DNA of 49,545 bases from assembly GCA_019689775.1 (NCBI GenBank), contig JADGGV010000001.1:1-49545 (forward strand). Reading direction: 5' to 3'. This stretch comes from Gemmatimonadota bacterium. GTDB taxonomy: Bacteria > Gemmatimonadota > Gemmatimonadetes > Longimicrobiales > RSA9. The notes below the pieces were generated by a model that saw only the letters and a list, made by a program, of their open reading frames with translations, ran no database searches and had not been told where the DNA came from. The position numbers were made by a program, and so were the translations under genes. This document shows, one piece after another, positions 19,567 to 27,572 of this stretch. Position 1 is the first letter of the stretch. Every line of letters begins with the position of its first letter.

Positions 19567-22017
19567 TCATGAGCCGTCCCCGGCGTACACGATATGTCGC
19601 GTCTGCGCGGTGCCGCCGACGCGGAGCCGCAGGACGTAGACGCCCCGGGGGACACGCCGGCCGCTGTCGTCCGTGCCGTCCCAGGTGGTGAGGACGCAGT
19701 CGCTGACGTTGCCGGTGCGCCCGTACACGCCGGGATCGAGCGTCACCGTGCCGCAGGAGCCGTGCGCCGGCGCGAGGCGGCGCACAACGCGGCCGTGGAG
19801 GTCGTAGATCGTCAGCTCGACGGGTCCGCGCTCGCCGACGTCGAACCAGATGTGGGCCTCGGTGCCGCCGACGTCACTCCGCGGGAACGGATTCGGGAAC
19901 GTCGGATAGAGCATCGTCGTCACGGCCTGGTCGGAGCCGCGGACGACGAACGGCGTGGCCGAGGTGACCGTGTCCGCGGCCGTGCTGTCCGCCGCCCAGG
20001 CGATGACGCGCCAGCGGTACGGCGTATTGAAGGCGAGCGGCGGGTCGAGCTGCACGTGCGTGTCCGTGAGCCGGTTCAGCGTGCGAAGCGGCGTGCCGGA
20101 CGGCGAGAGAATCTGCACGTCGTACGTCATCGGCCGGAGGCTGCCCGTGGACAGCGGCGTCCACCGCAGCACGACGCGCGGGCTCTGCGCATAGGTGGTA
20201 TCGGGGCCGTTCAACGTATCGAGCCGGACCCAGTGCGGCACGGTGAACGGGCCGGCCGCCACGGTGGTGCGACTGACGCCGCCGAAGCGCGCGACGACGC
20301 GCCAGTAGAGCCCCGTCCGCGGCCGTAGCGGGCGCCGGATCGGGAGCTGGAGCGCATCGGAGATCGTGTCCGTCGCGACGAGCGTCCGGAACGTGGTGTC
20401 CGTGGCGATCTGCACCGTGTAGACGATCGGGCTCCGGCGAAGCACGAGCGGCGCCGTCCAGGCGAACGTCGGCGCGATGCTGCGGACGTTGCCGAGCGCA
20501 TCCGCCTCGGCGATCTGCGCCGGCGCCAGGCCGCCGGGGAAGAGGATCGCCGACGCGACGTCCGGGATCCCGTAGCCGTAGTCGTTGTTCGGGACGCGCC
20601 GCGAGCCGGCGAGCCTGAGCGCGTCCCGGATCGACATCGGACTGAGCTGGGCCTGCCCCCTCCAGACCTGCTTGATGAGCGCCGCCGCACCGGCGATCAG
20701 CGGCGCGGCGACGCTCGTGCCCGACGCGACACGGTACCCGGCGACCGTGCTCCCGTCCGCGCCCGTCACGTTGACGCCCCGCGCGACGACGTCCGGCTTG
20801 ACGCGGTTGTCGGCGGTCGGGCCCCGCCCGGAGAAGCTGGCGATGCTGTCGGTCGCCGTGACCGCGCCGACCGCGACGATGGTGTCCGCGTCGGCCGGCG
20901 CGGAGAGCGAGCCCGGCGCCGGCCCGCGGTTCCCGGTCGAATTGACGACGAGCACCCCCTTCCGCGCCGCGACGTTCGCGGCCCTCGTGGTCGGCGTGGT
21001 GGCGCCGTTCATCATCGCGAACGGGTAATCGCCGTCGGGGAAGTCGTAGCGGTAGCCCAGCGACGAGCTGATGATCTGGACGCCGAGCGAGTCGACCGCC
21101 CACTCGGCCGCCGCGACCCAGCGGTCCTCGTCCGCGTGGCTATCGGAGCCGGGGGTGTCCTCCTCGGTCTTCGCCAGCACGAATTCCGCCTCGTACGCCG
21201 GCCCGACGAGCCGCCCCACCGCCTTCCCGCCCAGGATGGACCAGGTGAGCGTGCCGTGCGCCTGCTGCCCGGCGCGATCGCCCGGCTGATCGCGGACGAT
21301 CGTGTCCCCCTGGATGAAGTCCCGCTTCGCGACGACCTTCAGCCCCGCGAGCGCCTCGTGCTCCGGGTTGAAGCCGGTGTCGAAGATCGCGATGCGCACG
21401 TCCTTCCCCGTCGCGCCGAACGTCGAGTTCGCGAGCGGAATCTTCAACTCCTGGAGCGCGTCGAAGTTCGCGCCCCAGAAGCTGTCGGCGGCCGCGGTCG
21501 CGGCCATCGCCGCGGCCCCGGCCGGCGGGTCGACCGCGGCGCGCCGGAACACGCCGACGGGCTCGATCCGCTGGACCTCCGGCAAACGCGCCAATCGCGC
21601 GGCCGCGGCCGAGTCCACCTCCGCGCTCACGCCCCGCAGCCAGCGGCTGACGACGCGAATCCGACCGCCGGCGCGCTCGACGCGCCGAACCAGGCGGGCC
21701 GGTACCGGATAGTCGGCATCGCTCAGCGGCGCGCCGGACCGCGTCCGCTCGCGCAGGACGTCCGCACTCAGGGCGGGCGGCCCCGACGGCCGCGCGGCGC
21801 GCGGATCGAAGAGGACCCACACGGCGACCCGGCGCGCGGGCTCCTGCGCCAGGCGCCGGCGCAGCTCCGGCGCGCGGGGGTCCGACCGCTGGCCCGCGAG
21901 CGGCGTGGCCAGCGGCGCGGCGAGCCCGAGCGCCACGAGGAGCGCGAGCGAACGGCCGTACGGCCGCCCCCTCGTGCCTGTGGCGCCTCGATCGCGGCCG
22001 ACGCGGGTGAATCGCAT
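19567..22017 (-). CDS. Secreted S8 (subtilisin) family serine peptidase with Ig-like repeats and a FlgD-Ig-like C-terminal domain
   Basis: A signal peptide (LALLVALGLAAPLATPLAGQ) is followed by the catalytic triad contexts IAIFDTGF, HGTLTWSI and SGTSVAAPLIAGAAAL. The C-terminus reads FPNPFP...VELTIYDLHGRVVRRL...WDGTDDSGRRVPRGVYVLRL. The tracked ORF runs on to 22761 inside smc, so I take the ATG at 22017 as the start. Confidence 0.85.
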   Translation of the reverse strand: MRFTRVGRDRGATGTRGRPYGRSLALLVALGLAAPLATPLAGQRSDPRAPELRRRLAQEPARRVAVWVLFDPRAARPSGPPALSADVLRERTRSGAPLSDADYPVPARLVRRVERAGGRIRVVSRWLRGVSAEVDSAAAARLARLPEVQRIEPVGVFRRAAVDPPAGAAAMAATAAADSFWGANFDALQELKIPLANSTFGATGKDVRIAIFDTGFNPEHEALAGLKVVAKRDFIQGDTIVRDQPGDRAGQQAHGTLTWSILGGKAVGRLVGPAYEAEFVLAKTEEDTPGSDSHADEDRWVAAAEWAVDSLGVQIISSSLGYRYDFPDGDYPFAMMNGATTPTTRAANVAARKGVLVVNSTGNRGPAPGSLSAPADADTIVAVGAVTATDSIASFSGRGPTADNRVKPDVVARGVNVTGADGSTVAGYRVASGTSVAAPLIAGAAALIKQVWRGQAQLSPMSIRDALRLAGSRRVPNNDYGYGIPDVASAILFPGGLAPAQIAEADALGNVRSIAPTFAWTAPLVLRRSPIVYTVQIATDTTFRTLVATDTISDALQLPIRRPLRPRTGLYWRVVARFGGVSRTTVAAGPFTVPHWVRLDTLNGPDTTYAQSPRVVLRWTPLSTGSLRPMTYDVQILSPSGTPLRTLNRLTDTHVQLDPPLAFNTPYRWRVIAWAADSTAADTVTSATPFVVRGSDQAVTTMLYPTFPNPFPRSDVGGTEAHIWFDVGERGPVELTIYDLHGRVVRRLAPAHGSCGTVTLDPGVYGRTGNVSDCVLTTWDGTDDSGRRVPRGVYVLRLRVGGTAQTRHIVYAGDGS

Positions 22018-22025
22018 GAACACCT

Positions 22026-25000
22026 CTAGTTCTTCGCGGCGAGACGGGAGTCGCGCAGGGCGTCGTCGAGCTGGACGCCGACGATCGTGCTGATCCCGGG
22101 CTCCTCCATGGTGACGCCGTACATCCAATCGGCGGCCTCCATGGTGCGCGGATTGTGGGTGATGACGATAAACTGGGTGCCGGCCTTGAACCGCTCCAGC
22201 ATGGCGATGAACCGGCCGATGTTCGCCTCGTCCAGCGGCGCATCCACCTCGTCGAGCACGCAGAACGGACTCGGCTTGACGAGGTAGATCGCGAACAGCA
22301 GCGCGAGCGCCGTGAGCGCCCGCTCCCCGCCGGAGAGGAGGTGGATCCGCTGCGTCCGCTTCCCGCGCGGCGAGGCCGCGATCTCGATGTCGCACTCCAG
22401 CGGATCCTCGGGATCCGCGAGCCAGATGTCGCACTCGCCACCCTCGAACAGCGCGCCGAACGTCTCGTGGAAGTTGCGGCGGATCTGCTCGAACGTCTCC
22501 ATGAAGAGCTGCCGCGCCGTCCGGTTGATCTGGCGGATCGCCGTCCTCAGGTCGTCGCGCGCCTGGACCAGGTCGTCCCGCTGGGCGGTCAGGAACTCGA
22601 GGCGCCGGCGCTCCTCCTCGTGTTCCTCGATCGCCAACATGTTGACCGGGCCGAGGCGCTCGATCTCGACGGCGAGGGCCTTCAGCTCGGCGCGAAGCGC
22701 GTCCGGATCGAGATCCACCGGAGCGGCCTGAGCGCGGAGCTGCGCGAACGGGCGCCCCCACTCCGCCTCGAGCCGCTCGACGACCCGACGCTCCGCGGCC
22801 TCGGCCTCGGCGCGCTGTAGCTCGAGGCGGTGCCGATCCTCACCTCGCTCCTCGACGCGTCGGCGCAGCGCACGGGCCTCGGCTTCCAGCGCCTCGGCCT
22901 GCGCGGCCAGCGCCTCGATGCGCTCGTCCAGCGCCCGCAGCTCTGCACCGGCGGCGTCCCGCGCGGCGAACAACCCCTCCAGCTCGGCGCCGGCGTCGGT
23001 CGCGAGCCGCGCGAGCTGCTCGAGCATGCGCCGGTTCTCGGCCTCCTCACGGTCGAGCGTGGCGGCGCGGCGGCGCGCCTCCTCCAGCGTGTCCGCCGCC
23101 GTGACGATGCGGCGGTCGAGCGACGCGAGCTCGCTCTCGGAGCGGGCGTGGGCGACGCGCGCTTCCGCCTCCTCGTCGCGTGCACGCTCCCATGACGCCT
23201 CGACCGCGGCCAGCGCCTCCGCGTTCGCGGCCACGTCCGGGCCGGCGCCCGCCTCCGCGGCGTCCAGCTCCTCCCGCTGGGTCCGGGCACGCCGCGCCCG
23301 CTCGCGCCCTGCCTCGATGGCGGCGGACAGCTCCGCGCGGCGCCGCTCGAGCTCCGCCCGCGTGCGCTCGGCCCGCGAGCGCTGCCCCGAATGCGTCTGC
23401 CCCTCCGCCTCGGTGCGCCGCAACTGTAAGTCGAGCTCGTGGAGGCGCGAGCGCGCATCCTGGAGCCGCGCCTCGCCATCGGCGAGCTGCTCGGCGAGCG
23501 CCGCCCGGGCGGCGGCACGGGCGTCCCGCTCGGCCGCGGCCGCGGCGGCCTCCCGGCGCAAGGCCTCGAGGCGCTCGCGGCGGCCGAGCAGGACCGGTTC
23601 CGCGGGCGGCGTGCCCACGAACCGGAACGCCTCGAGCAACGCCTCGACCCGCGACAGCTCGGCCGCGGGGAGCAGCGCCAGGAGACCGCGATCGGGCCGG
23701 CCCGCGAGCCAGGCCTCGATCCCGGCGGCGGCGGCGTCGCCTTCCACCACGAGCACCTGGAGGAGTGAGGCGAGCGCCCCTTCGACCGCGGCTGCGCGCT
23801 CGGGCGGAAGCTGGAGCCGTTCCGCGAGCGGCCCGTCGAGGCCGCGCAGCTCATCTCTCGCCGCCAGCGCGGCGGCCACCGCCGGCGCGAAGCCGTGGTG
23901 CTCACGCTCGAGCGCTTCCAGCGCCGCCACGCGCGCCGCGAGCTTCCCTGCCCTCTCCTCCGCCTCGGCCAGCTCGCGGCGCGCGGCTTGCTCCGCGGCG
24001 CGCAGCGCTTCCAGCTCTTCCGCCCGGCGGTCGACCTCCGCGAGGGCGGCCTCCTTCCGGGCGACGAGGTCCCGTGTCTGCTCCTCGAACAGATCCCCTT
24101 GCTCGTCGAGCCGGGCGAACTCCGCCGCGAGGGCCTCGTCCTCCACGGCGAGGTGGGCCAGCCGAGCTTCCGCGTCGCGCACCACCGCCTCGGCCGCGAC
24201 GGCCTCCGCCTCGAGCTCGGTGCGCCGCCGCGAGCGATCCGCCTCGCGCTGACGCGCCGCCTCCTCCTCGCGGCGCAAGCGCGCCAGCTCGAGCCGGATC
24301 TCGGCCTGCCGGGCCTGGATCGCGGCCACGTGCTCCGCGCCCGCGCGCACCTCGTCGCGGCAGCGCGCCCGCGCCTCGTCGAGCCCCAGAAGCTCGGCCT
24401 CGAGCGCGCCGATCCGGCCCAGGAGCTCGTCACGCTCGAGCGCGATCTGCTCGATGCGCCGTCGCGCCCCGGCGCGCCGCTCCTCCGCCACCGCCAGCTC
24501 GCGCTCGCGTTCCGCGATGCGACGCGTGGCGCCGGCATGACGCCCCGCCGCCTCCCCCCGCGCACGCCCGGCCTCGGCCGCCTCCAGCCGGACCCGCTCG
24601 AGCTCGGCCTCCACCGCCGCCAGCGCCGATCGTTCGGCTGGCTCGTCCCGCGCCAGCCGCTCGAGCCGCTCCGTGGACTCGGACAGGAGACGCCGCGCCT
24701 CCTCCAGCTCCCCGGCGGCCAACGCTACCTCGAGATCCAATCGGCGTGCGCGCAGCTCCTGATAGCGCTGCGCGCGTCGGCTCTGGCGCGCCAGCGAGCG
24801 CACCTTCGAGTCAACCTCCGCGACCAGATCCTCGAGCCGCGCCAGGTCGGCCTCCGCCCCCTCGAGCCGCCGCTGCGCCGCCTTCCGGCGGTCCTTGTAC
24901 CGTCCGATCCCGGCGGCCTCCTCGAACATCTGGCGCCGCTCCTCGGCGCGGTCCGAGAGGATCGAGTCGACCATCCCCTGCTCGATCACGGCGTAGGCGT

Positions 25001-25406
25001 TCGTCCCCAGCCCCGTGTCGCGGAAGAGGTCGTAGATGTCGCGGAGACGGCACGGCGAGCGGTTCAGCGCGTACTCGCTCCCGCCCTCGCGGAAGATCGT
25101 GCGCCGGATCTCGATCTCGTCGTGCGGCAACGCGAGGCGCCGCTCGTCGTTGGAGAAGACGAGCGAGACCTCGGCACGGCTGAGCGCCCGCCGGTGCGTC
25201 GTCCCCTGGAAGATCGCCTCTTCCATCTTCGAGCCACGGATCGCCGAGGCCCGCTGCTCGCCGAGCACCCAACGGATCGCGTCGCTGATGTTGGACTTCC
25301 CGCAGCCGTTCGGTCCGACGATCGCCGTCACCCCGTCGTGGAACTCCAGCTCGGTGCGGTCGGCGAAGGACTTGAAGCCGTGCAGATGGAGGCGTCGGAG
25401 CTTCAT
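22026..25406 (-). CDS. smc: Chromosome segregation protein SMC
   Basis: 1126 aa. The N-terminal Walker A is GPNGCGKSNISDAIRWVLGEQ. Long coiled coils and a hinge follow. The C-terminus carries LSGGERALTALALLFAI and FCVLDEVDAPLD. Confidence 0.96.
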   Translation of the reverse strand: MKLRRLHLHGFKSFADRTELEFHDGVTAIVGPNGCGKSNISDAIRWVLGEQRASAIRGSKMEEAIFQGTTHRRALSRAEVSLVFSNDERRLALPHDEIEIRRTIFREGGSEYALNRSPCRLRDIYDLFRDTGLGTNAYAVIEQGMVDSILSDRAEERRQMFEEAAGIGRYKDRRKAAQRRLEGAEADLARLEDLVAEVDSKVRSLARQSRRAQRYQELRARRLDLEVALAAGELEEARRLLSESTERLERLARDEPAERSALAAVEAELERVRLEAAEAGRARGEAAGRHAGATRRIAERERELAVAEERRAGARRRIEQIALERDELLGRIGALEAELLGLDEARARCRDEVRAGAEHVAAIQARQAEIRLELARLRREEEAARQREADRSRRRTELEAEAVAAEAVVRDAEARLAHLAVEDEALAAEFARLDEQGDLFEEQTRDLVARKEAALAEVDRRAEELEALRAAEQAARRELAEAEERAGKLAARVAALEALEREHHGFAPAVAAALAARDELRGLDGPLAERLQLPPERAAAVEGALASLLQVLVVEGDAAAAGIEAWLAGRPDRGLLALLPAAELSRVEALLEAFRFVGTPPAEPVLLGRRERLEALRREAAAAAAERDARAAARAALAEQLADGEARLQDARSRLHELDLQLRRTEAEGQTHSGQRSRAERTRAELERRRAELSAAIEAGRERARRARTQREELDAAEAGAGPDVAANAEALAAVEASWERARDEEAEARVAHARSESELASLDRRIVTAADTLEEARRRAATLDREEAENRRMLEQLARLATDAGAELEGLFAARDAAGAELRALDERIEALAAQAEALEAEARALRRRVEERGEDRHRLELQRAEAEAAERRVVERLEAEWGRPFAQLRAQAAPVDLDPDALRAELKALAVEIERLGPVNMLAIEEHEEERRRLEFLTAQRDDLVQARDDLRTAIRQINRTARQLFMETFEQIRRNFHETFGALFEGGECDIWLADPEDPLECDIEIAASPRGKRTQRIHLLSGGERALTALALLFAIYLVKPSPFCVLDEVDAPLDEANIGRFIAMLERFKAGTQFIVITHNPRTMEAADWMYGVTMEEPGISTIVGVQLDDALRDSRLAAKN

Positions 25407-27421
25407 TGCGTGCTGCGGCCCACCCGGAGCACCAGGGAGTCCGGCACGCCGGCGCCACGGAGCAGAGGCCGCATCACGTCGGCCTCCGCGGCGCCCGCGA
25501 AGGCGCCGGCGTACACGCGGTAATGGGGCGGGCCCGAGGTGTACGGCACTTCCACGACGTAGGTTGGAATTTTCTTCGTCGCGAGCTGCCGGGATCGAGC
25601 GAGCGCGTCCTCCCGAGCCTCGAACTCGCCCAGAGCGAACGCGAGGCGCGTGGAGCGGATATCGAACGCCGAGGCGCCCGTCTTGATGCCCGCATCGAGG
25701 AGCCGGCGCATCAGGATCGCGGCGCCGGCGCTGTCTGCGACCGGTCCTGCCAGCACCTGGTAGCGGAGCGTTCCAGCCACCAGCACAGGCGAGATGAAGA
25801 ACGTCATGTCCGGCTGCTCCGCCGCCAGCTCCGCCGTCCGCTGCGCGGCCCGGACGTATTCCGGGTACGCCGCGATGGCGACCGAGTACGGGAGCGAGTC
25901 GGTCCGCGGCTCCGGCGGCGGCAACGGCGTCACGGCCGGCGGCGCCGGTGCGGCCGCCGGTTCCGGGCGCGAGACGTACCAGCGTACCGCGAACAGGATC
26001 CCGACGATGGCGGCGGTGCCGACCAGCAGGGCCGCGGTCAGGCGGGCACGGCGGCGCGCCGGGGGGCGCTGGTGGAGCGCAAGGCGCGGCTTCAAGAGCG
26101 GAGGCGCCCCGGTCGCAGCCGGGTCCGGAACCCGGTCGCCCGCGGGCGGCGACGAGGGCTCGGCGCCCGGCGTCGCATCGGGGTGAGCGACGACGGCGTC
26201 CGCGGCCTCCCCGCGAGCCGCCTCCGCAGCCGCCTCGCCTGCGGCGCGGACCGCCGGCTCCAGGGCGACCGCCTCCACCACCCCACCGGCGCCCGACGGC
26301 TCGCCGCCGACGGCGGGTTCGCCGGCGCTTCCCCTAACCGGCGACGGCTCCACACCGACGGCCGCCCGCGCCTCGACCCTCTCCTCGGACTCGATCGCCG
26401 GTTCGGCTTCGGCGACACTCGCGGCCTCGGTCGCCTCCTCGGCCCCGGCCGCATTCTCGGCGTCGGTCGCGGCCTCGGCCTCGGTCGGCGCCTCCACGTC
26501 GATCACATCCGCCGCGCCAGTCGCGTCCGCCACACCGGCCGCGGCCGCGGCGTCGAACGCCTGCTCGGCGGCGAGCGCCTCGATCGGGCGGCGAGATTCT
26601 GCGCCCCGGTCGGCATCCTCCGCGCCGATCTCCTCGTCGACGCGTGTCGCCGCCGCCGTCACGCCCACGTCCTCCGTCCGAGCAGCGTCACCCGCGACGG
26701 CGACCCCGTCCTGCGCCGTCGCGCGCTCGGCCTCCTCCGCCGACGAGGCCAGCTCGGCGCCGGCGGCGGCCAGCGGCTCCGCTGCCGCCGTATCGGCCGT
26801 GTCGCCCTCCGCAACGGCGGACTTCGGCGCGAGCACCGCGAGGATGGCGGCATCCTCCGGCAGCACGGCGTCCACTGCGTCCGTATCCCCCGGCGGCGCC
26901 AGGACGATCGTGCTCGCGATCCGCCCGGCCAGCCCGGTCAGCCCGGGCACCGACGCCGGGGTGTAGACCAGCAGGCTGGTCCCGGTGCGAAACGCATCGG
27001 CGATCAGCTGCCGCCACCGCGGATGGCCGAGCACCTCCGTCGCGGCGGCCGGCGCCACCCCCGCCGGCAGATACTCGAAGGCATGGCCGTCGGGGCGGCG
27101 CAGGAGGTGCGTCAACGAGGCGCCGAACAGAAAGAGGTCGACGGCCCCCTCGTCGCCGACGATCGAGAGAACCGAATCCAGCTCGGCGTCGCCGATCGAC
27201 AGGTCGGCGAGCACGACCCGTCGGCCGCCTTGCGCCCAATCGTCCGCCAGCGCCACCGCCGCGCGCGCGGCCCAACCGGTGGCGCGCGCCGCCGGCCCCG
27301 CGACGAGGAGCACGACCGGCGTCACCGCGCCCACCTGCGACAGCAGGGCGCGCAGCTCCGACGGTCGCTCCGCGGAGTCGGGCTCCAGCGCCATCGCGGT
27401 CGGCCAAACGCGCAGGCTCAT
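25403..27421 (-). CDS. SPOR-domain membrane protein with a degenerate MinD/ParA/BY-kinase-like N-terminal domain and an acidic low-complexity linker
   Basis: 672 aa. The N-terminus (VVLLVAGPAARATGW...RRVVLADLSIGDAELD...LPAGV...SLLVYTPAS) has a P-loop NTPase layout but no GKS/T. It is followed by a roughly 200-aa A/E/D/T-rich stretch, one TM helix (LTAALLVGTAAIVGILFAV) and two SPOR-like repeats (YSVAIAAY...YQVLAGP and YVVEV...YRVYAGAF). Its stop overlaps the smc ATG (ATGA). Confidence 0.7.
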   Translation of the reverse strand: MSLRVWPTAMALEPDSAERPSELRALLSQVGAVTPVVLLVAGPAARATGWAARAAVALADDWAQGGRRVVLADLSIGDAELDSVLSIVGDEGAVDLFLFGASLTHLLRRPDGHAFEYLPAGVAPAAATEVLGHPRWRQLIADAFRTGTSLLVYTPASVPGLTGLAGRIASTIVLAPPGDTDAVDAVLPEDAAILAVLAPKSAVAEGDTADTAAAEPLAAAGAELASSAEEAERATAQDGVAVAGDAARTEDVGVTAAATRVDEEIGAEDADRGAESRRPIEALAAEQAFDAAAAAGVADATGAADVIDVEAPTEAEAATDAENAAGAEEATEAASVAEAEPAIESEERVEARAAVGVEPSPVRGSAGEPAVGGEPSGAGGVVEAVALEPAVRAAGEAAAEAARGEAADAVVAHPDATPGAEPSSPPAGDRVPDPAATGAPPLLKPRLALHQRPPARRRARLTAALLVGTAAIVGILFAVRWYVSRPEPAAAPAPPAVTPLPPPEPRTDSLPYSVAIAAYPEYVRAAQRTAELAAEQPDMTFFISPVLVAGTLRYQVLAGPVADSAGAAILMRRLLDAGIKTGASAFDIRSTRLAFALGEFEAREDALARSRQLATKKIPTYVVEVPYTSGPPHYRVYAGAFAGAAEADVMRPLLRGAGVPDSLVLRVGRSTQ

Positions 27422-27499
27422 TCGGGGGCATCCAGGTTCACGGCCCAGCGAGTCCCATCACCGGGCTGGTCTGCGTACGCTCGGGGATCGTCGAATGAT

Positions 27500-27560
27500 A
27501 AACCGGGCGCCCGGGCAAAGCAAAAACCCCATGGGGCGCGGGGGCTCCCCCGGGTTGCCG
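27500..27560 (-). terminator. Possible terminator region downstream of the Omp85-fusion gene
   Basis: The minus strand reads cgggggagcccccg ... gccccatggggTTTTTgc ... cccgggcgcccggTTTatc. These are short GC hairpins, each followed by a T-run. Confidence 0.4.
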
Positions 27561-27572
27561 GCCCCGTCGCGC

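Noticed and set aside
22018-22761. This is the N-terminal 248-codon extension of the S8 peptidase ORF. It overlaps the 3' end of smc in another frame.
   Set aside because: The extension is Arg/Gly/Pro-rich and not protein-like. A signal peptide begins right after the internal ATG at 22017, 9 nt downstream of the smc stop.
26220-26820. The acidic Ala/Glu/Asp/Thr-rich stretch of the SPOR protein might be a tandem DNA repeat or a contingency locus.
   Set aside because: I could not find an exact repeating nucleotide unit by eye. It appears to be compositionally biased coding sequence rather than a periodic repeat. A dot-plot or Tandem Repeats Finder run would settle this.
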